Source: Amoebophrya sp. A120 (taxonomy: Eukaryota > Protista > Dinoflagellata). From it: a stretch of DNA of 64,000 nt. Below the pieces are notes generated by a model. It worked only from the letters and a program-made list of their open reading frames with translations, did no database searches and was not told the DNA's origin. A program made the position numbers and the translations under genes. The stretch covers positions 8,853,226-8,917,225 of the forward strand of contig CAJINV010000003.1 of the NCBI GenBank assembly GCA_905178155.1. Reading direction: 5' to 3'. Positions 1 to 13,744 of the stretch are shown here, piece after piece; the stretch's first letter is position 1, and each line of letters begins with the position of its first letter.

Positions 1-1141
1 TCGTTGTGGTTGTGTCAGCGCCCGATGCAGACGCCGAGTCTTGCGCTTGCGCGTCCTTTCGCAGTGTTGTGTGCAGCAGTACCGCCTCGTCCTCCAGTTG
101 TTCGTTTCGTGGAGGTGCTCCTTCGCGTGGTGCACAATTACTCCCATCCCGCCCTAATCGGGTTGAGGCAGATGCCCCCCCGTGTGCAGCACTACTTCCG
201 GTCTCGCCTGCGCTGTGATGCAGATGATGTTCCTGACCCTGAGCCTGGTGCTGCAAGTGCTGCAAGTTGAAGCTGCGCCGCCTGAGTTGCGAGGGTATTT
301 TTGAGTGCCGCTGCAGATACACACTTCCAGCAGCCAGGCGCGGCTGTGGCAAAGGTGGCGCAAGCTGTTGCATGCTCAGACTGGCGACTTGGTTGACTTT
401 CACGCTCGACGAGTGAGAATTGGACGAGGGCAACGTGAGCCTATAGAGGGGAAGTGAGTGACTTTCCGCTGACTGCCGCTGGCCCTGAGAAATAAAAGCG
501 CAGACTGCCATGCCAACGAACAATTTGTTATCTGTATTTCGTATCATTCATGCGAAAAAAACAAGAATACTCATGTGTCCCGGTCCCGGAGTGATATATG
601 AATGTATAAATATTGAAGTGGATTTTGATTTTGGTGCGGCTGCGCCTGCGGCTGCCTCTTTTGCATAACACACAGAGTTTTTGCTTGGGTTCGCCAGCAG
701 TCACGAATATCCATGACTTCTCCTCCATAGAGCATGCTTGGCTCAGGAAGCGACCGCGCAGACGTGGGAAGCATATGCACGCGCCAGGCTTTATCAAAAT
801 TGAAGATGTTGAACTACAATCTGTCATATAAAAACAAAGCACAAAGTGCCTGCATTGGAGAGAAGACCGCTCATGAGGCTGACTGTAGGCCTAATTAGGG
901 CAGTGACGCGGTGGCTAAAGGGCATTCGACGCCATGTGCCTTTTCTTTAGTGAACCAAATTGCATACGAAACCTCCCAATAAAAGTTGTCATGCGCCTCT
1001 TAGAACTGGGGGATCGACCTGGTTGTACGTAGTGACTTCAATAAATATCCATCCTCGACAATTTGAAAAATGAAAATCACTTCAGCTGCATTGATTTCAA
1101 GCCTGACACTCACTACCATAAAGCGGTGGCGACGCATTCGC

Positions 1142-3394
1142 ATGAAGGCTGCCTGCGTTGAGCGCTGTCGACGTGCTGTGCGTATGCTGTGATTGTTTTG
1201 CAATTCCGGTTGGCTTCCTTTCCTGTCCCATGACCGTGCTTCCGCCGAGGGCGCTTGTGATCATTCCTGGCACTTCAGGACTACTAGGATGGTTAATATG
1301 CGTGCTAGGCTCGACCAGGAGCAATTGCTTTCGCAAAGGGGAAGGAAACACTGTAGATGATGTGCCGCTGCTGGCAACATCTTCTGCACCTCCGGCGCTC
1401 CTCTGCCGTTGCAACACTTGGAGCCGTTCCTCCTGTAAAACGTCCTCACGCTCCTGCTCGTCCTCCTCTTCGTCGACTAGCGAGTCGCTCGAAGACGTCA
1501 TTTCAGGGTCCAGGCCGTCGAGATCCTCCAATCCCAGTTCGACGTCCAGACTGTGGTGCACTTTTCCGGTCCGGCCAATCAAGCTATCCTGTGCAAAAAC
1601 TGTCTTCGCAGTCGTGTTTTTGAAAGAGAGAAAGCAATGTAGTTCAACTCATCTGCAACTACACTGTGGTGCTTCATGCAAGAAAGGTAATAAAGAGCCA
1701 CCTTCTCTTTATTTTTCCGTACATACTGTAATTCATGCACAAGTGCGATGCTTTTGCAGAGCATAAACGCTCGGAAACAACAATCGTCCCGCAGCTTCAC
1801 CAGGCATCAGGAGTACCTGTGTTCATAATTCAAATTTGCAGCTACTCAGTTATGAGACGATTAGAAAGACGCTTGTCTTGATTGCGACATATAAATGTTT
1901 AGAACTAGAGGTGGTGGTGCGTGCTGGACCACGACGTAATATCCTTATTGACAGCATGCAGCATAGCGAACTTTTTATTCTTAAGCGCCACGACTATTGT
2001 TGAGGCTACTGCTCGACGACGCCTCTAAGACTTCCGCTTCCCCATAGAAGTGTTGTCATGTGGTGTATAAACACAGATACTTAGCTGTCAATACAACGAC
2101 GCACAAAATTCACAGTGCGACGTACTAAGAAAACGAAAAGTATACATTTCATAGATACATAATTTTAGGTCTTTTTTACTGCTACCAGCTTTGCCAGCGT
2201 GCCTCCGATGTCCACTCCCATTTGTCCCTGTACGTTCCGCAGGTTTTGCAAGACCGCAACGGGCACCGCATGATCATCTGCTAGTAGGGACGAGGACTCT
2301 CGGCTTCGACTACGGCGCTCGAACGCCGAAAGTCTCTTCCGATCACTGGCAGACAGTTCATGACTGGAACTTCGGCTTGTCTGAAAAACCTCGCCGCGTG
2401 AAGACCGCCCGCGATCCCACGCGTGCAACAGACTCAAAAGTAGCTCCCGACTAGGTAGCGTCGGCGCTTGTTCATGTGGGTCGTCTAAAGTCCTCGTCGC
2501 ATCCATCATGCCAGAGGGTGAACCTTTTTCTCCACCAAGCGGAGTAGCGACATTCTGTGATGACGATGATGGAATTTGGCCTGGGACCGCCGCTGTTGAT
2601 GTAGATGTACTTCTACTCTCTATATCAGATGCATTTGATGCAATCCTTGCGTCTCTGTGAAGTTGCGATGCTGACGTTGCCGCAGTTAAGCTTGCGCTGC
2701 CTTTGTCGAGCACCACTCCTGCGCCCTGGTGTTTCATCTCATATTGCACTTCTGCTTCCAGTCCTTCACCCAGTTCCGGTCGTTTCGACTGCCTGTGCTG
2801 CTCCTGGTCCAGGCAAGTAGAACTTGCTTCTTTATCTTGGTATCGTTCCCAATCCCCTGCTGTCGCAGGGCTTGTGCCAAGTGCGACATTGTCTGAGGAG
2901 ACGCCCGAGTTTTGGCTTGTTGCGCGCCACAGTCGCTCACTCTCGCCACTAACTTCAGAAGTAAACGGCTCGGCAGAATTCGTTCCAATATCGAGCAGCG
3001 GAGGCGAAGTGTTAGGTGGACTAAGTTGCGCTTGCAGCGGTAGGGGGTTTTCTGGTGACGGTGAGTTTTTTTTCTGTAATGATTTCCTGACTCTCTTCGC
3101 TGAAGACGAGAACGCGTCACCCTCTTCACCTGCCGCGCCGCCAGGTGCGGCAGCGCGTCCGCCTCCGCTCGCCGAAATAAAAGAAGAATCGTCCATGAGA
3201 CCGCGGGCCTTGGCCAGCTCAAGCAGGCTACTGGTATCCCACTGTGAATAGGACCGCATCTTTGGATGGTCCGCTTGCGTAACAACTGCGGAACTAGAAG
3301 AGAAACCGCGACCACCTGCCTTGACGCCGAGTGACGGACTTGGACTTCTCCGCTGAGTCGCGGAGGAGTCGCGCCTTCTGGAGAGCGCTGGCAA
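1142..3394 (-). CDS. PANK: Type II (eukaryotic/Fumble) pantothenate kinase, multi-exon, long low-complexity N-terminus; 3' part continues toward or beyond the window start
   Basis: Exon ~3394-2186 ends MGVDIGGTLAKL|gtagc, matching the PanK DIGGT phosphate-binding motif. Exon from 1588 (ttttgcacag|GAT) reads DSLIGRTGKVHHSLDVEL...GSLH, similar to the PanK segment YGSTGIRDVHLEL...GNLHF with a long acidic insertion. Downstream exons not resolved. Confidence 0.75.
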
Positions 3395-6300
3395 CGGAGT
3401 CAGGCTATTGGTGTTCCTCCGACGAGGATCTTATGCATTGCAAAACGAAAACGCTCGCACTAGTAGCAATGGTCGAAAGAAAAAATGGAATTTGAAATGT
3501 ATGATATGAGACCAGACCTGTTTGTAATACAAAAAATGATGTGCTGCAAATGCAACTAGTACGAGCACGAAACAACTCTTGCAGAGAATAGATCCACTAC
3601 CTCTAGCTCTTCTCTGCCGCTGCCGCCCGTACTTCTGTTGGGCCCTCGGTCACCGAAATAGAGCGCCCTCATACTGCCTGTTTCCGAATTCTGGTGTCCA
3701 ACCTGATACGCTGCAGAAGGAGTCCCATAGTTGCCGACCTCCTCACCATCGTGTCGAACAAGATCGTCTGGTTGCGAAAGAGTCGGAGACTTTCCGCTGT
3801 GTGCCTGCCCCATGCTCGTTGACCAGGTAAGGAAAAGCGCAAGGAGCAAGAACTGCGGCGAATTGCTTGCTACAGAGTATCAAATATCAAAATGCTCCTG
3901 CTGCCCAGTATCAAATACATCGATGAAATCTTTGAAGTAGATATGGCGAAACTACTCGCGGCGGCTGTGGCTGCGCTACTCCGATTTTTTCCCAAGCGAG
4001 GAACTGTGGAAACCTTCCTTTGTTTTCCTACTTCGTCAAACGCTGGCGATCATTCATATGCTTCTTCAAACAAGAAGCAGCGCAGATGCAGGGCAACATC
4101 AGGACCAGTTCGTGGTCGTGTGCTTGTTCTTCATTGTGTACTTTTATCTCCGCACAACTTCCCGTCCGACGCCGTTCTACTTACTACTCCTTCAATAATC
4201 GTTGGTCTGCGTCTGCTTTAAGATTCTAGAAGTCTATTTGAAATACTGGTAGAAAGTAAACAAAAACATAATTGCTCAGTCAGCTGCAGGAGTTGTCAGA
4301 CCAAAAAAACTGCTCTTGATTTTGCTGCTCTGATCCGTCGCGTGTGCCATGTTTGCGCTTCAGCACTCACAACCAGTCCCACCCAATCCCCAACGCCTCC
4401 AAGCGGGCAAGATCATAAAAATGAACTAAAAGATGCATCATCTCGCGGCAGGGTGCTGCGACGAGTAAAAGTAGACTCGGGCTGATCTCCGAAACAATCA
4501 TGATCTTCATCAATCTTCAACTGGGTCTGGGGGCTCCAATCTCATTTCTCAGGATCGCGGTAGAGTAAAAGGAGACAAAAAAGAAAGGAGCAGGAGATAT
4601 GGATATAGAAAAAAAAAGAAGACGGGCGTAGCGGCAGTGGGAGTCGTTCAAAACCAGAAGGGTGATTGATGGATGCGACCATTGACCTTCAGTAGTTCGC
4701 GAAAACTCGAAAGGAAAACGAAATCGTGCCAGGTTCTTCTATGTTGAAATCAGCCGTGCCGGCAGGCTCGCTTCTTTCTTATTCTACAACTAAGACTGCA
4801 AGCTGCAGCGAATAACTGTTATGCGTGCCGAGGAAGTTGGTTCCTGAGAGTGAGAAAAATAAAGCGAGAAACTTTCTTAGCAATGGCATCCGGAAACACA
4901 TACATATTTCTTAGCTATAGCATCCGGAAACACACATAGATCGATGCCAGCACCTCCGCTCTTGGTCGGGGCCGAATGAAGAAATTCCAACTCATGATGA
5001 ACATGATACCAAGGACATGGTAGACTTGCTTGCAATTCGCTAGAAATGCAGACTGCTAGTACTGCACTGGGCTCAAGTGGCACGCACTACCAATTCTCAA
5101 TCATGCGATCGAGAGGTTCTCTTGCAGCTAACTAAGTAAGAAAAAAAATGAAAATGACCTAAAAGAACCTAAAAGAGTAAATCTTAATTCCTTATTGAAA
5201 AAAGGGCCTAGGGCGTGTCCGCAATAACAGAGAGGGCGCCTGTGTTTGAATGCGATGAGGTATGACCATTGACAAGGTCCAATGTCAGTACACGACAGCA
5301 CCCAGCCTTGTATCGTACAGGAAATGATGCGAGCTATTTTTCTTGGGTCTGGACTAATTGTCAATAATGTCAAGAAATGCATTTATGTTTCTCCCTTGTT
5401 GTGCCAAGGAACATACCAGGCTGCGCGTGCTCTTTTCTTCATGTGCATACAAACTATTTCGCACCTTGGCACTCCACCCGACATTATGAGGACACACGAC
5501 CAGTGACATGGAAAATGCGAGTGAGTAGATATCAATGATGCTCTACTACTACAGCAGCTGCAGCACAGCGCTTCGGTACAAATAAACGATGCTGTTGATG
5601 TAGATTGAAATTGATTAAGCCTCTGAATCTCATTAAGTTTCTTCTGCGAACACGTGGGATCTGGTAGGCCGTCATCTTCATCGATCCGTCATCAACATCA
5701 CCGAGGTTAACATTTTGATCGTGTTCGGTGAGCGCCTCCTGAAAGCGATCGCAATTGTTCCTGAAGGGTATCAGGAATGTCCAAGCAGGTCCTATCTTTT
5801 TGTAGTACGGAGTTAGTACAACATACTAAATCAAGACGCCAAGAAGAACGAGGCGAACGAGCCAGACCAAGAAAAGGAGCCGATTCTTGGACACACAAAC
5901 AGAACGCACAATCAGGTGGAGACTGCTGGGATACAAGTTGGCATAGCACTACAGATATGATCAACACAATTGCAAACCCGTACCACGTATGAAGAGTCCG
6001 GCTTTGCCATTTCGACGGATTTACTCCCATAAAAGCAACAACATCGCTTCCGCATGCGAAAGTGAAGAGCGCGACGGTCAGGAAAGTTGAAGTCGAGTTG
6101 AAAAGTCTGACAGATTTGGGGGAATGCACTCAAGTGCGCATAGGTATCATAATTCATAGAGGAAACCTGTAGTGACTTTCTTCGTTTTCTTTTTTTTTTT
6201 TTGATCTCCTCGGCAGTTTGACCCAGACTCTTCGTCATCTTCTTGCCCTTCTGCTATCTCGTTTTGATTTTGATATTGCTATAGCGCTTCACCTACACGC

Positions 6301-9148
6301 TAAAGAAGCACAGTTACTCCCTGTAGTACGGGATTGGGATTCGGATTGCTAGTCCAACGCTGGAGCAAAATAAAATATATCCGAGGCGAAATATTCCCAC
6401 GACGAAAGGAAAAGAGCAAGCGCCAAGAAAGCTCTATCAAGTGAACATATATCTTCAGTAGCCCTTCTTTATGTTTTCTCTTGAGCATAACTACCGTCAG
6501 AGTAGGTGCATTTATTTTTTCGCTGCGTACAAAGTCTTTCTCTTTTATAGAAGAGGACGATGCTTGCACTATTTAGAATCTGACACGTAGGAACAATTTG
6601 AGTCATTGCTTTTCATCTCTTCGCTTTTTTTTTCCCATGTTGTATCAATAAATATGCTAACTTGCACAAGACGCATCGCAAACACCCTTGCCGCCAGTTT
6701 TCGGGCTCAGGCTTCGCAACATCGACGCTTCGAAAAGAAGTTCCCTCTCCCTGACTATCAGTCGTTATCTATAAAACTGAATTTGCTCATAGGTAAAATT
6801 TCGCTATCTTTGCTTTATTGTTGCGCAAAAGCTCACCTGCGTCACCTTGTTGCGATTTATGAGACTGATTATAGCCGATGCGCCCATATCTTTCCATACT
6901 AATATAGATTCCAAATCCACGAGGAACGGCGAAACGCTTCAGGTCAACATAGTGGCGCGGCACTGCGAGGTGTTAATTACCTCAACAGACGCTGGCTTTC
7001 CCTGAAGCTAGCGAGCGAAAAACTCGTGGAGGGTTATTTTGCCTCAAACATCGTACCCTGACCTACCACCAGGTTGTGGTAGCTTGTGCAAGCATATCAA
7101 AAAAAATTGAAAAAATTTGCACTACGAGGTAGAAGCAGACGTTACAGTTGGTGACATAACAGAAATAGAGGCCTAGGCAAGACACGAGCAGTAACTATGA
7201 CCATGAGCGGAGCATGGATGCTGCTAGAGGGAGCTGCTTTTAACAAAAGAAAACGCAATGTCATACTATTCAGAAAAAATCTGCCACCGTCGAAGTTTCC
7301 CTGAAAATATACGATCATCTTTCTTCTTGTAAATCTTTCGTGTCTTCAGTCGAAATTAGAGGACTCGAAACAGGGCCAGCATATCTTCCGCTTCTTCTTG
7401 AAACAAACGCAAACACTGAGACCTCCTGGCCAATACTCTAAAAAACTACTGACAAAGGAGCTCGTGGATTGTAAACTGAAACGGGTATCTTCTCCTTTTC
7501 GTTCTCGACGACATAAACATAATCAATACAAAAGAGCGAAACAGTTTTGTGTCTTTAGGTTTAGCTTTAGGCCGATCACTAATTGATAGGCGCTTGCTGA
7601 TCTTCATGTTGATCTATTATCTTTATCGTGACCATCAAATAAGCATCCTTAATTTTCGACTTCGATTTCCCTAGCAATAGCGCGATGATAATCAAATCTG
7701 AGCAATACGTCGCGCCCCATCCTGTTTTTCTTTGTTTTTACAACTCGTCGGAGGACTTCTATCAGTATATTCAAATTTACAAATAGATTAGGAATCGCTA
7801 GAAATACACCAGTAACGCTGACCCACGACCTTCTGAACGAATTATGAAAAGCCTTGGATTACTTCGAGCAGTCGATCAAAATTTCCATCAGACGGGCCTC
7901 CAGGCGCATCTAGATCAAGACCATCGAAGGCGTTGGGCTCCTCGTAAGTTTCTTCTCGAGATCCAACGTTTCTCCTTTTCGGCGGTGGCCCCATGCTGTT
8001 CCCGTCGCTCAGACGCCCCCCGCCCGCCTTCCCGTGTTGCTGTTGATACCTTTGGTTTATAATTCATGTTCATCTACATTTTCACCTTCTTCGCCTGATC
8101 TGCTTATGCTTTCGAAGATATCTACAAAGCGAGCGACAAAGTGAGACCGTAGCTGTTTTACGCCACGACAACCATTGGTTTGTTTTCTAAATTGACAGAA
8201 GCAGCTGCACTCAGGTTTCACAATGGGCGCTGAAGTTAATGTTGAAGCTGTAAAACGTTTCTCGGGCTTAAGAATCACTTAAATGTTTTTCCTCTGTTGT
8301 TCTCGTGTTGAGGACGGGCCGTGATGTTTTCCAACACATCATATGCAGATCGCTTGAATAGCCAAAGCAAAAATCATAGATGAATTCAGTTGAGTTGTAG
8401 AAAAATCGACTTATAATAGTAGTACGACGGATTTCCAGTGTTGAAGAGGTTTTGATCGCCGGTGCTATTCGACTGCGCGCCTGTGCTCCGTCGTTGCATA
8501 TGAAAAGAAAGAACTCTAAGTCTAACCTTTAGTGCGCACAGTTGTGAGTGTGACGTGGAAGAGCGAGAGCCCATAGTCCCGCATACGCAGATTAACGAAG
8601 TAGAGGCTTCTGACTCATCTAAGAACTAGTACCTGTGCCAAAGAAGCCTGCGCAAGGAGAGAGCACCTCACTAAAGTGCTGCGAGATGCTGCTTTAGTGA
8701 AGTTTTATTCGTACGGCTCTCCCCAGGAGGAAGAGAATCAGAAAAGAAAAAAAAGAAGCTCCCTGGTGGTCAAAGTCTCATCTCTTCTGATACATATTGT
8801 GCTCAAATGCAGAAACTAGAACTACATCAAGGATTCTTTATTTATTATGTCGCAAATGCGCGAAAAGAGAAACATTCACTCTACTAGGACCGCGAAGAGG
8901 AAGAGGTAGAAGGCAGTCGCAAGATGCAGATGTTGCAAAAATGAAAATGCATAGCGGACTACAGCAGGCCAATAAAGAACGTGCGCTGTAGAAAAATTTG
9001 AATTGCACGCTGCTGCCTTTACATCAGTTTAGGCTGATTGAGGCTGACACAAATGCAAAAAATCATAGAATCGGAATAACGTTTTTAACTGCACATCGGC
9101 ATCAGAAGCATCTACTGGTCGTGTCGCCTTCTGTGTGAGAGCTAGAGC

Positions 9149-12100
9149 TTAGAGCACCCTCTGCTTTGCATATGATCGTCCTGTATTGAAGAAGTCGTCT
9201 TGCTTTCCGCCTTTTGCGCTGGGCCCCGTCCCGCCTCCTCGTTTATCAAAGAAGTCCTTCCGTCCAGTGGCATTGTTTCCGCCAAAAGCGGAAAACTCGA
9301 AGTCGCCGCCCTTATTTGCTCCTGCTCCACGGTCCGGCTTGTTCTTACCCACGTGGAACACATCTCGGTCCGCTGGGTCCGGCTTGTTCTTACCCACGTG
9401 GAACACATCTCGGTCCGCTTTTCCGCCCCAACCACCGTCGTTGGACGAGCTGCTTGCGTAGCCTGTGTCCCAGTTGTCGTGATCGATGTTGCCTTTTCTC
9501 CGCCGGTGCTCTACTCCGGCGTTCGAAGGTCCGCCCCTGTTCCCATAGCCCCCCCGGGCGGTGGAGGACGAGGAACCACCACCGCGATGCGGCTCCCAAT
9601 GGTCGTCCCACTGCGTTCCACCACCTCGCTGGCCGCCCCGAGGTCCGAACATTTTGTCGTTCACACTATATTTCACGTCCGGCGTCGCTCCCGCCTGTTT
9701 CATGTCGTCCCACGTGATCGCATTTGGACCAGCGGCGCCACGGCCCCCGGTCCCCCCGCTGTTCGTCGGCCCACTACCCCATTTTCCTCCTTCGTGCAAC
9801 TCCCATCCTGCCTTCCCACTGCGCTTCCCGGCACCATACGAATTTGCTGCACTCCCCCAAGGGCCGCTCGCGAAATGGTCATCGCGCGCCTGCTGCCCGC
9901 GCCCACCTTTGCCACCCGCAATTCTCCCCACGCTGTTGACGCTACCTGTGAAATACGGACGATGATCAGGATTCAGGAGCAGGTGAATCATTATTACGCA
10001 CATAAGTGTCATCAATCGTGGGCGAGGGCGACCACCTCTGGTGTGTGATAGCCAGAGCAGGCAGCAGGAGACTACGTTCCAGTGCAGAAGTTAGAGATTG
10101 ACACATGTGAAAAAATCCCTTATGAGCAGCATGACTATGAACGATCAGCGGGGACCCAAATAAAGTTCGTCATAAACTAGACCAGATAGATGCAACATTC
10201 ATATTTCAGTCCGAATTCTTTTTTTCGTCTTCCGTATGCATCTAATGTTGAAAGAGGAAATAAATCTGCTGCGTTTGTAATTCAGGTATCACTTACGGTG
10301 TGTTGTGGACGGGGACCTTTGGGCGATGACTAAACCAGCGGGAGTGTCAGTTCTGCGGCTCTGACTCTCGTCGCGCGCGGTCATTCGATGTGTCATTCCT
10401 CTCATGTATCATAAGAAAAAGTGTTGACGTTACGGCTTTCAGTTTTTTGGAAAAAATTTTTTTTGTGGGTACTGAGCACTATCATTTTAATTTTTTTTTT
10501 TCTCGCCGCTGCGCAGCCTCCCTCTTTGCCCCTGCGGGGCTCTAAAGTGGTAAAACTCTGGGAGAGGAAGCTAGTGCACAAGGTGCGAAAACTATGAGGC
10601 CCCGCCACAACATTGCGCCCCTTCAAGCCCTGAAATGGCTGCCCAATCCCTGTCCGGGCTCAAGAGCCATGATGGCTGTAAGCCGGTGGGCCAGGGCCCT
10701 GGCACTGCTGACAAGACCCGCCCACCAACGCGTCGCAACGATCGACACCGGAGATGGGCCTGTTTTAGTGAGGGAAAATGGGCCATAGCATGCTGTCCAG
10801 ATATGACGTTGACGGTTTTTTGGGGAATTGGAAAAATCCGAGGAAAAAATCAATGATTTGACGCCATTTCGAGGCCAAAAAATGCAGATCCCACAAAAAC
10901 CGTCAACGCCTCATCTAAACAGCACGCTATGGTCCATTTCCCTTCACTCAAACCGGTGCGGGCACGGGAGCGCACCTTCTGAGCAGGCAAATCGAGCATA
11001 GCGTGCTGGCTAGATGAGGTGTTGACGGTTTTTTGGTCGATTTCATGCAAAAAAGCAGGCTTCTGGAAGACCCGATCGACCATACCGTCGTGTCTAGATG
11101 AGGTGTTGACGGTTTTTTGGTCGATTTCATGCAAAAAAGCAGGCTTCTGGAAGACCCGATCGACCATACCGTCGTGTCTAGATGAGGTGTTGACGGTTTT
11201 TGGGGTGCCGGCAAATTTTGGGCATTTTGGTACCCAAAATTTGCCCATTTCCCTCATCCTCGAAAGTGCCACCTTTTCTTCAGTCATGGAGAAAATTTCA
11301 CAAAAGGCGCCAACGAATCCGAGATGGAAACTTGCAAAGCCGCACAGAGCTGAACTGGCGGAAACGCCATCTAGATGCCAGCTCATAGGCCCCCATGTCC
11401 GAGGTTTAGCCACGGTTCGAGGTTTGAGCGTTCTGGCCCGGATCTAAGAGCCGGCGGCGAGGAGAAGGCACGGCAGGGGGCGGCCCCGGTAGCCGAAGTC
11501 CTACGCCGTCATATTTTGTGCACTAGCTAGGTTAAACCAAGCGAGCTTCGTCGCAGTCCCGCGAGAACTAATAGCGGGAATGGGTCGACTTACAAACCAA
11601 AAACATACCTCCAGCATACACCCAAAATTTTTTTTTTCGAAAAAACTTAAAACCGTAACGTCAACACTTTTTCTTTCGATATCATGTTCGAAGGTGGTCG
11701 TATTGGCGGGTTTATATTTATCATGCAGCTCCGAGAGCGCTCTCTGGCGTTGAGCAGAAAGCTGCTCGCACTCGCTCCTCTTTCTCTAGTGGTAGCCCCT
11801 CCGTGATGTAGATTGTCGTGGACTAAAGCAGCGTGCGGGGGTATTCTTATTGTTTTTCCTTTTTGGACTGCAGTACCGCTCGGTGAAGATGAATGAGGCT
11901 CGGGTAAGACGATTGGGGGCATTCTGGGGATAGGCATTTTTAGGGTAGGCGTAGGCAGCGGCGGGGTTTGTTGAATACTAGGTAAAACTACTTTATCGGT
12001 TGTAAAATAGGTTGTCCGCAGAACGCGTAGGGTCGTTCCGGTGCCCGACGCATCAGTGCAACAACTTGACGGATCTTTTATCTCGGTGGTAGATTTTTTT

Positions 12101-13744
12101 TTACTGCTGCCCCCACTGTCGTTACTAAGAAAAGTCGTCCGCAACACGCGGACACGGTCACAGTCCACTGGCACTGACGCTGCCGAAAAATTTTTAGCGT
12201 TAGAAGTCGATGTCGGAGCTGTTCTTGTTGAATCTGTATTTGTATTACTTTTACCTCCGTCGTGGTCCCTTCCGTAGCCGAGACCCCGCCCACCCAGGGG
12301 GTTGCCTTTCTTCCCGATGGCAGGTGGAAGTGGGAGCGTCTTAGCCGCACTGGCGCCAGACTTGCCGCCGTGATGTCCGCCGGCGTTCTTTGCGGCTCGC
12401 TGGTCATGGTCGTCCTTCGAGTTCCATGCTAGCCGCGAGTACAGGATACGAAGTTGCTGCTCCGTAAGATCCTGTATGAGATAGGTTTTGCCTTTATTAT
12501 ACTTACTTTCCTCGTTGGCCAGTGGTCTAGCAACATGCCTACGATGTCACAACTCGTGCCTGCGTCTCATACACCACACACCGAACGACCAGAGACAGAG
12601 TTCTTGTTGTAAAAAAGCATAATCATAAAACTTTCATTCCAATGATCCTGCGAGACTGCACTAAGTGTGCGTACAGCGAAAACAACAAGACACCAACCCT
12701 TGTACGCTATCGCTACGTACCTTCGAAAATGTCAGGCCCACGTCTTTTGCTTCCTGTGAACCGGGCTGGAGTCCTCTGTCGCTGCAGAGTGCGTTTGCCT
12801 TTTCGTCAAGCATCTTCTTAAACTCCTCGAAGGAGAGCAGGTTCCACTCCTTCTTGCTCAGAGTAAATTCGCGGTGCACGTTGGGGAGTGCCGGCTTTGG
12901 AAACGTGAGCGGTGGTTCTACACTCCCCGTGCGGGGTAGCTGCTTCGAGCCTTCCACCGGGGCAACGCCGGAGGTGGTCCCGACGCCCGACACAGCACTA
13001 GAGGAGGATGGTTCCTGCTTATTATTTGGCATCATGCCTGAGCTCAGGGCCGGCATGCGCATTGGGCTCGGGGGCTGCGGCATGCGTGTCAGGTCTATCA
13101 CTTGTTTTTGTTTGTTTGTACTACTGCTGCTACTGTCGGTGCGTTTCATCGGCGCAACTTGTTCGTGCCCAGGCGCGGTGGTGAAGTGCCCGTCTTCTCT
13201 TTGCAAGGGAAAAATGCTACAGTGGAGTTAAGTACACTCTACGTTGCAGGAGCCGGGAGACAATGACAGACAGCGTGGTTTCCGTTTTATTCCCTTTTAA
13301 GTAATTATCTGCAGCTCCACATTGCAGCAGGTAGTGAATTTCATGCAGACCCATCTTGTCGCTGTGTTGTGGTCTGCAAGAGTGTGTACTAACTCACTGT
13401 AGCACTTAATTTTCTTGGATACTCTCCAATGCGTAGAACTTGTGTGGTGTGCCTTTGCACGGTGTTCCCATGCGCATCCTTCACGAGGTCGAGCTTTACC
13501 TGGGGCTGGGGGGGAACCATCATGGGAAGGGGAAGGTTAGGCTTTGGCATTTTCAGGCCGCTGCCACCTTGTTGCAGGTCTGCGAATGTGATGGCGTTCT
13601 TGTCGCCCAGGTCTGCGAATGTGATGGCGTTGTCGCCTGGGGCGGCGCGTTTGTTGCCGCCACCGCGGATGCCGCTGGGTTTGGTCCCAGATGATGTTGC
13701 TCCATGGATAATTGGCATATGGGGGGGCATTCCGGGCGGCGTGC
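9149..13744 (-). CDS. Multi-exon low-complexity Pro/Gly/RGG-rich protein (possibly the 3' part of a larger gene)
   Basis: Coding-like exons at ~13744-13400, 13200-12720, 12174-11683, 10402-10298 and 9946-9149. Removing the 10403-11682 element restores the frame (PSNM-RGMT). The C|gtaagt donor near 10297 is in phase with the cacag|GT acceptor near 9946. A NAIT(F/W)xD motif recurs in two exons. Confidence 0.55.
9331..9419. repeat. In-frame tandem duplication (ADRDVFHVGKNKPD x2)
   Basis: ggtccggcttgttcttacccacgtggaacacatctcggtccgct occurs twice in tandem. Confidence 0.9.
10403..11686. mobile_element. ~1.28 kb non-autonomous TIR element with CATG ends, interrupting a coding exon (introner-like)
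   Basis: Left end catgtatcataagaaaaagtgttgacgttacgg...; right end ...ccgtaacgtcaacactttttctttcgatatcatg (imperfect TIR of roughly 65 bp). TCATGT direct repeat at 10402 and 11682. Internal 84-bp tandem repeats (11010-11200) and an internal inverted repeat (10757-10825 vs 10890-10957). Confidence 0.85.

Noticed and set aside
4877-8574. Possible membrane-protein gene (e.g. ORF 5707-6129)
   Set aside because: Hydrophobic fragments are present, but no recognisable family or reconstructable exon chain.
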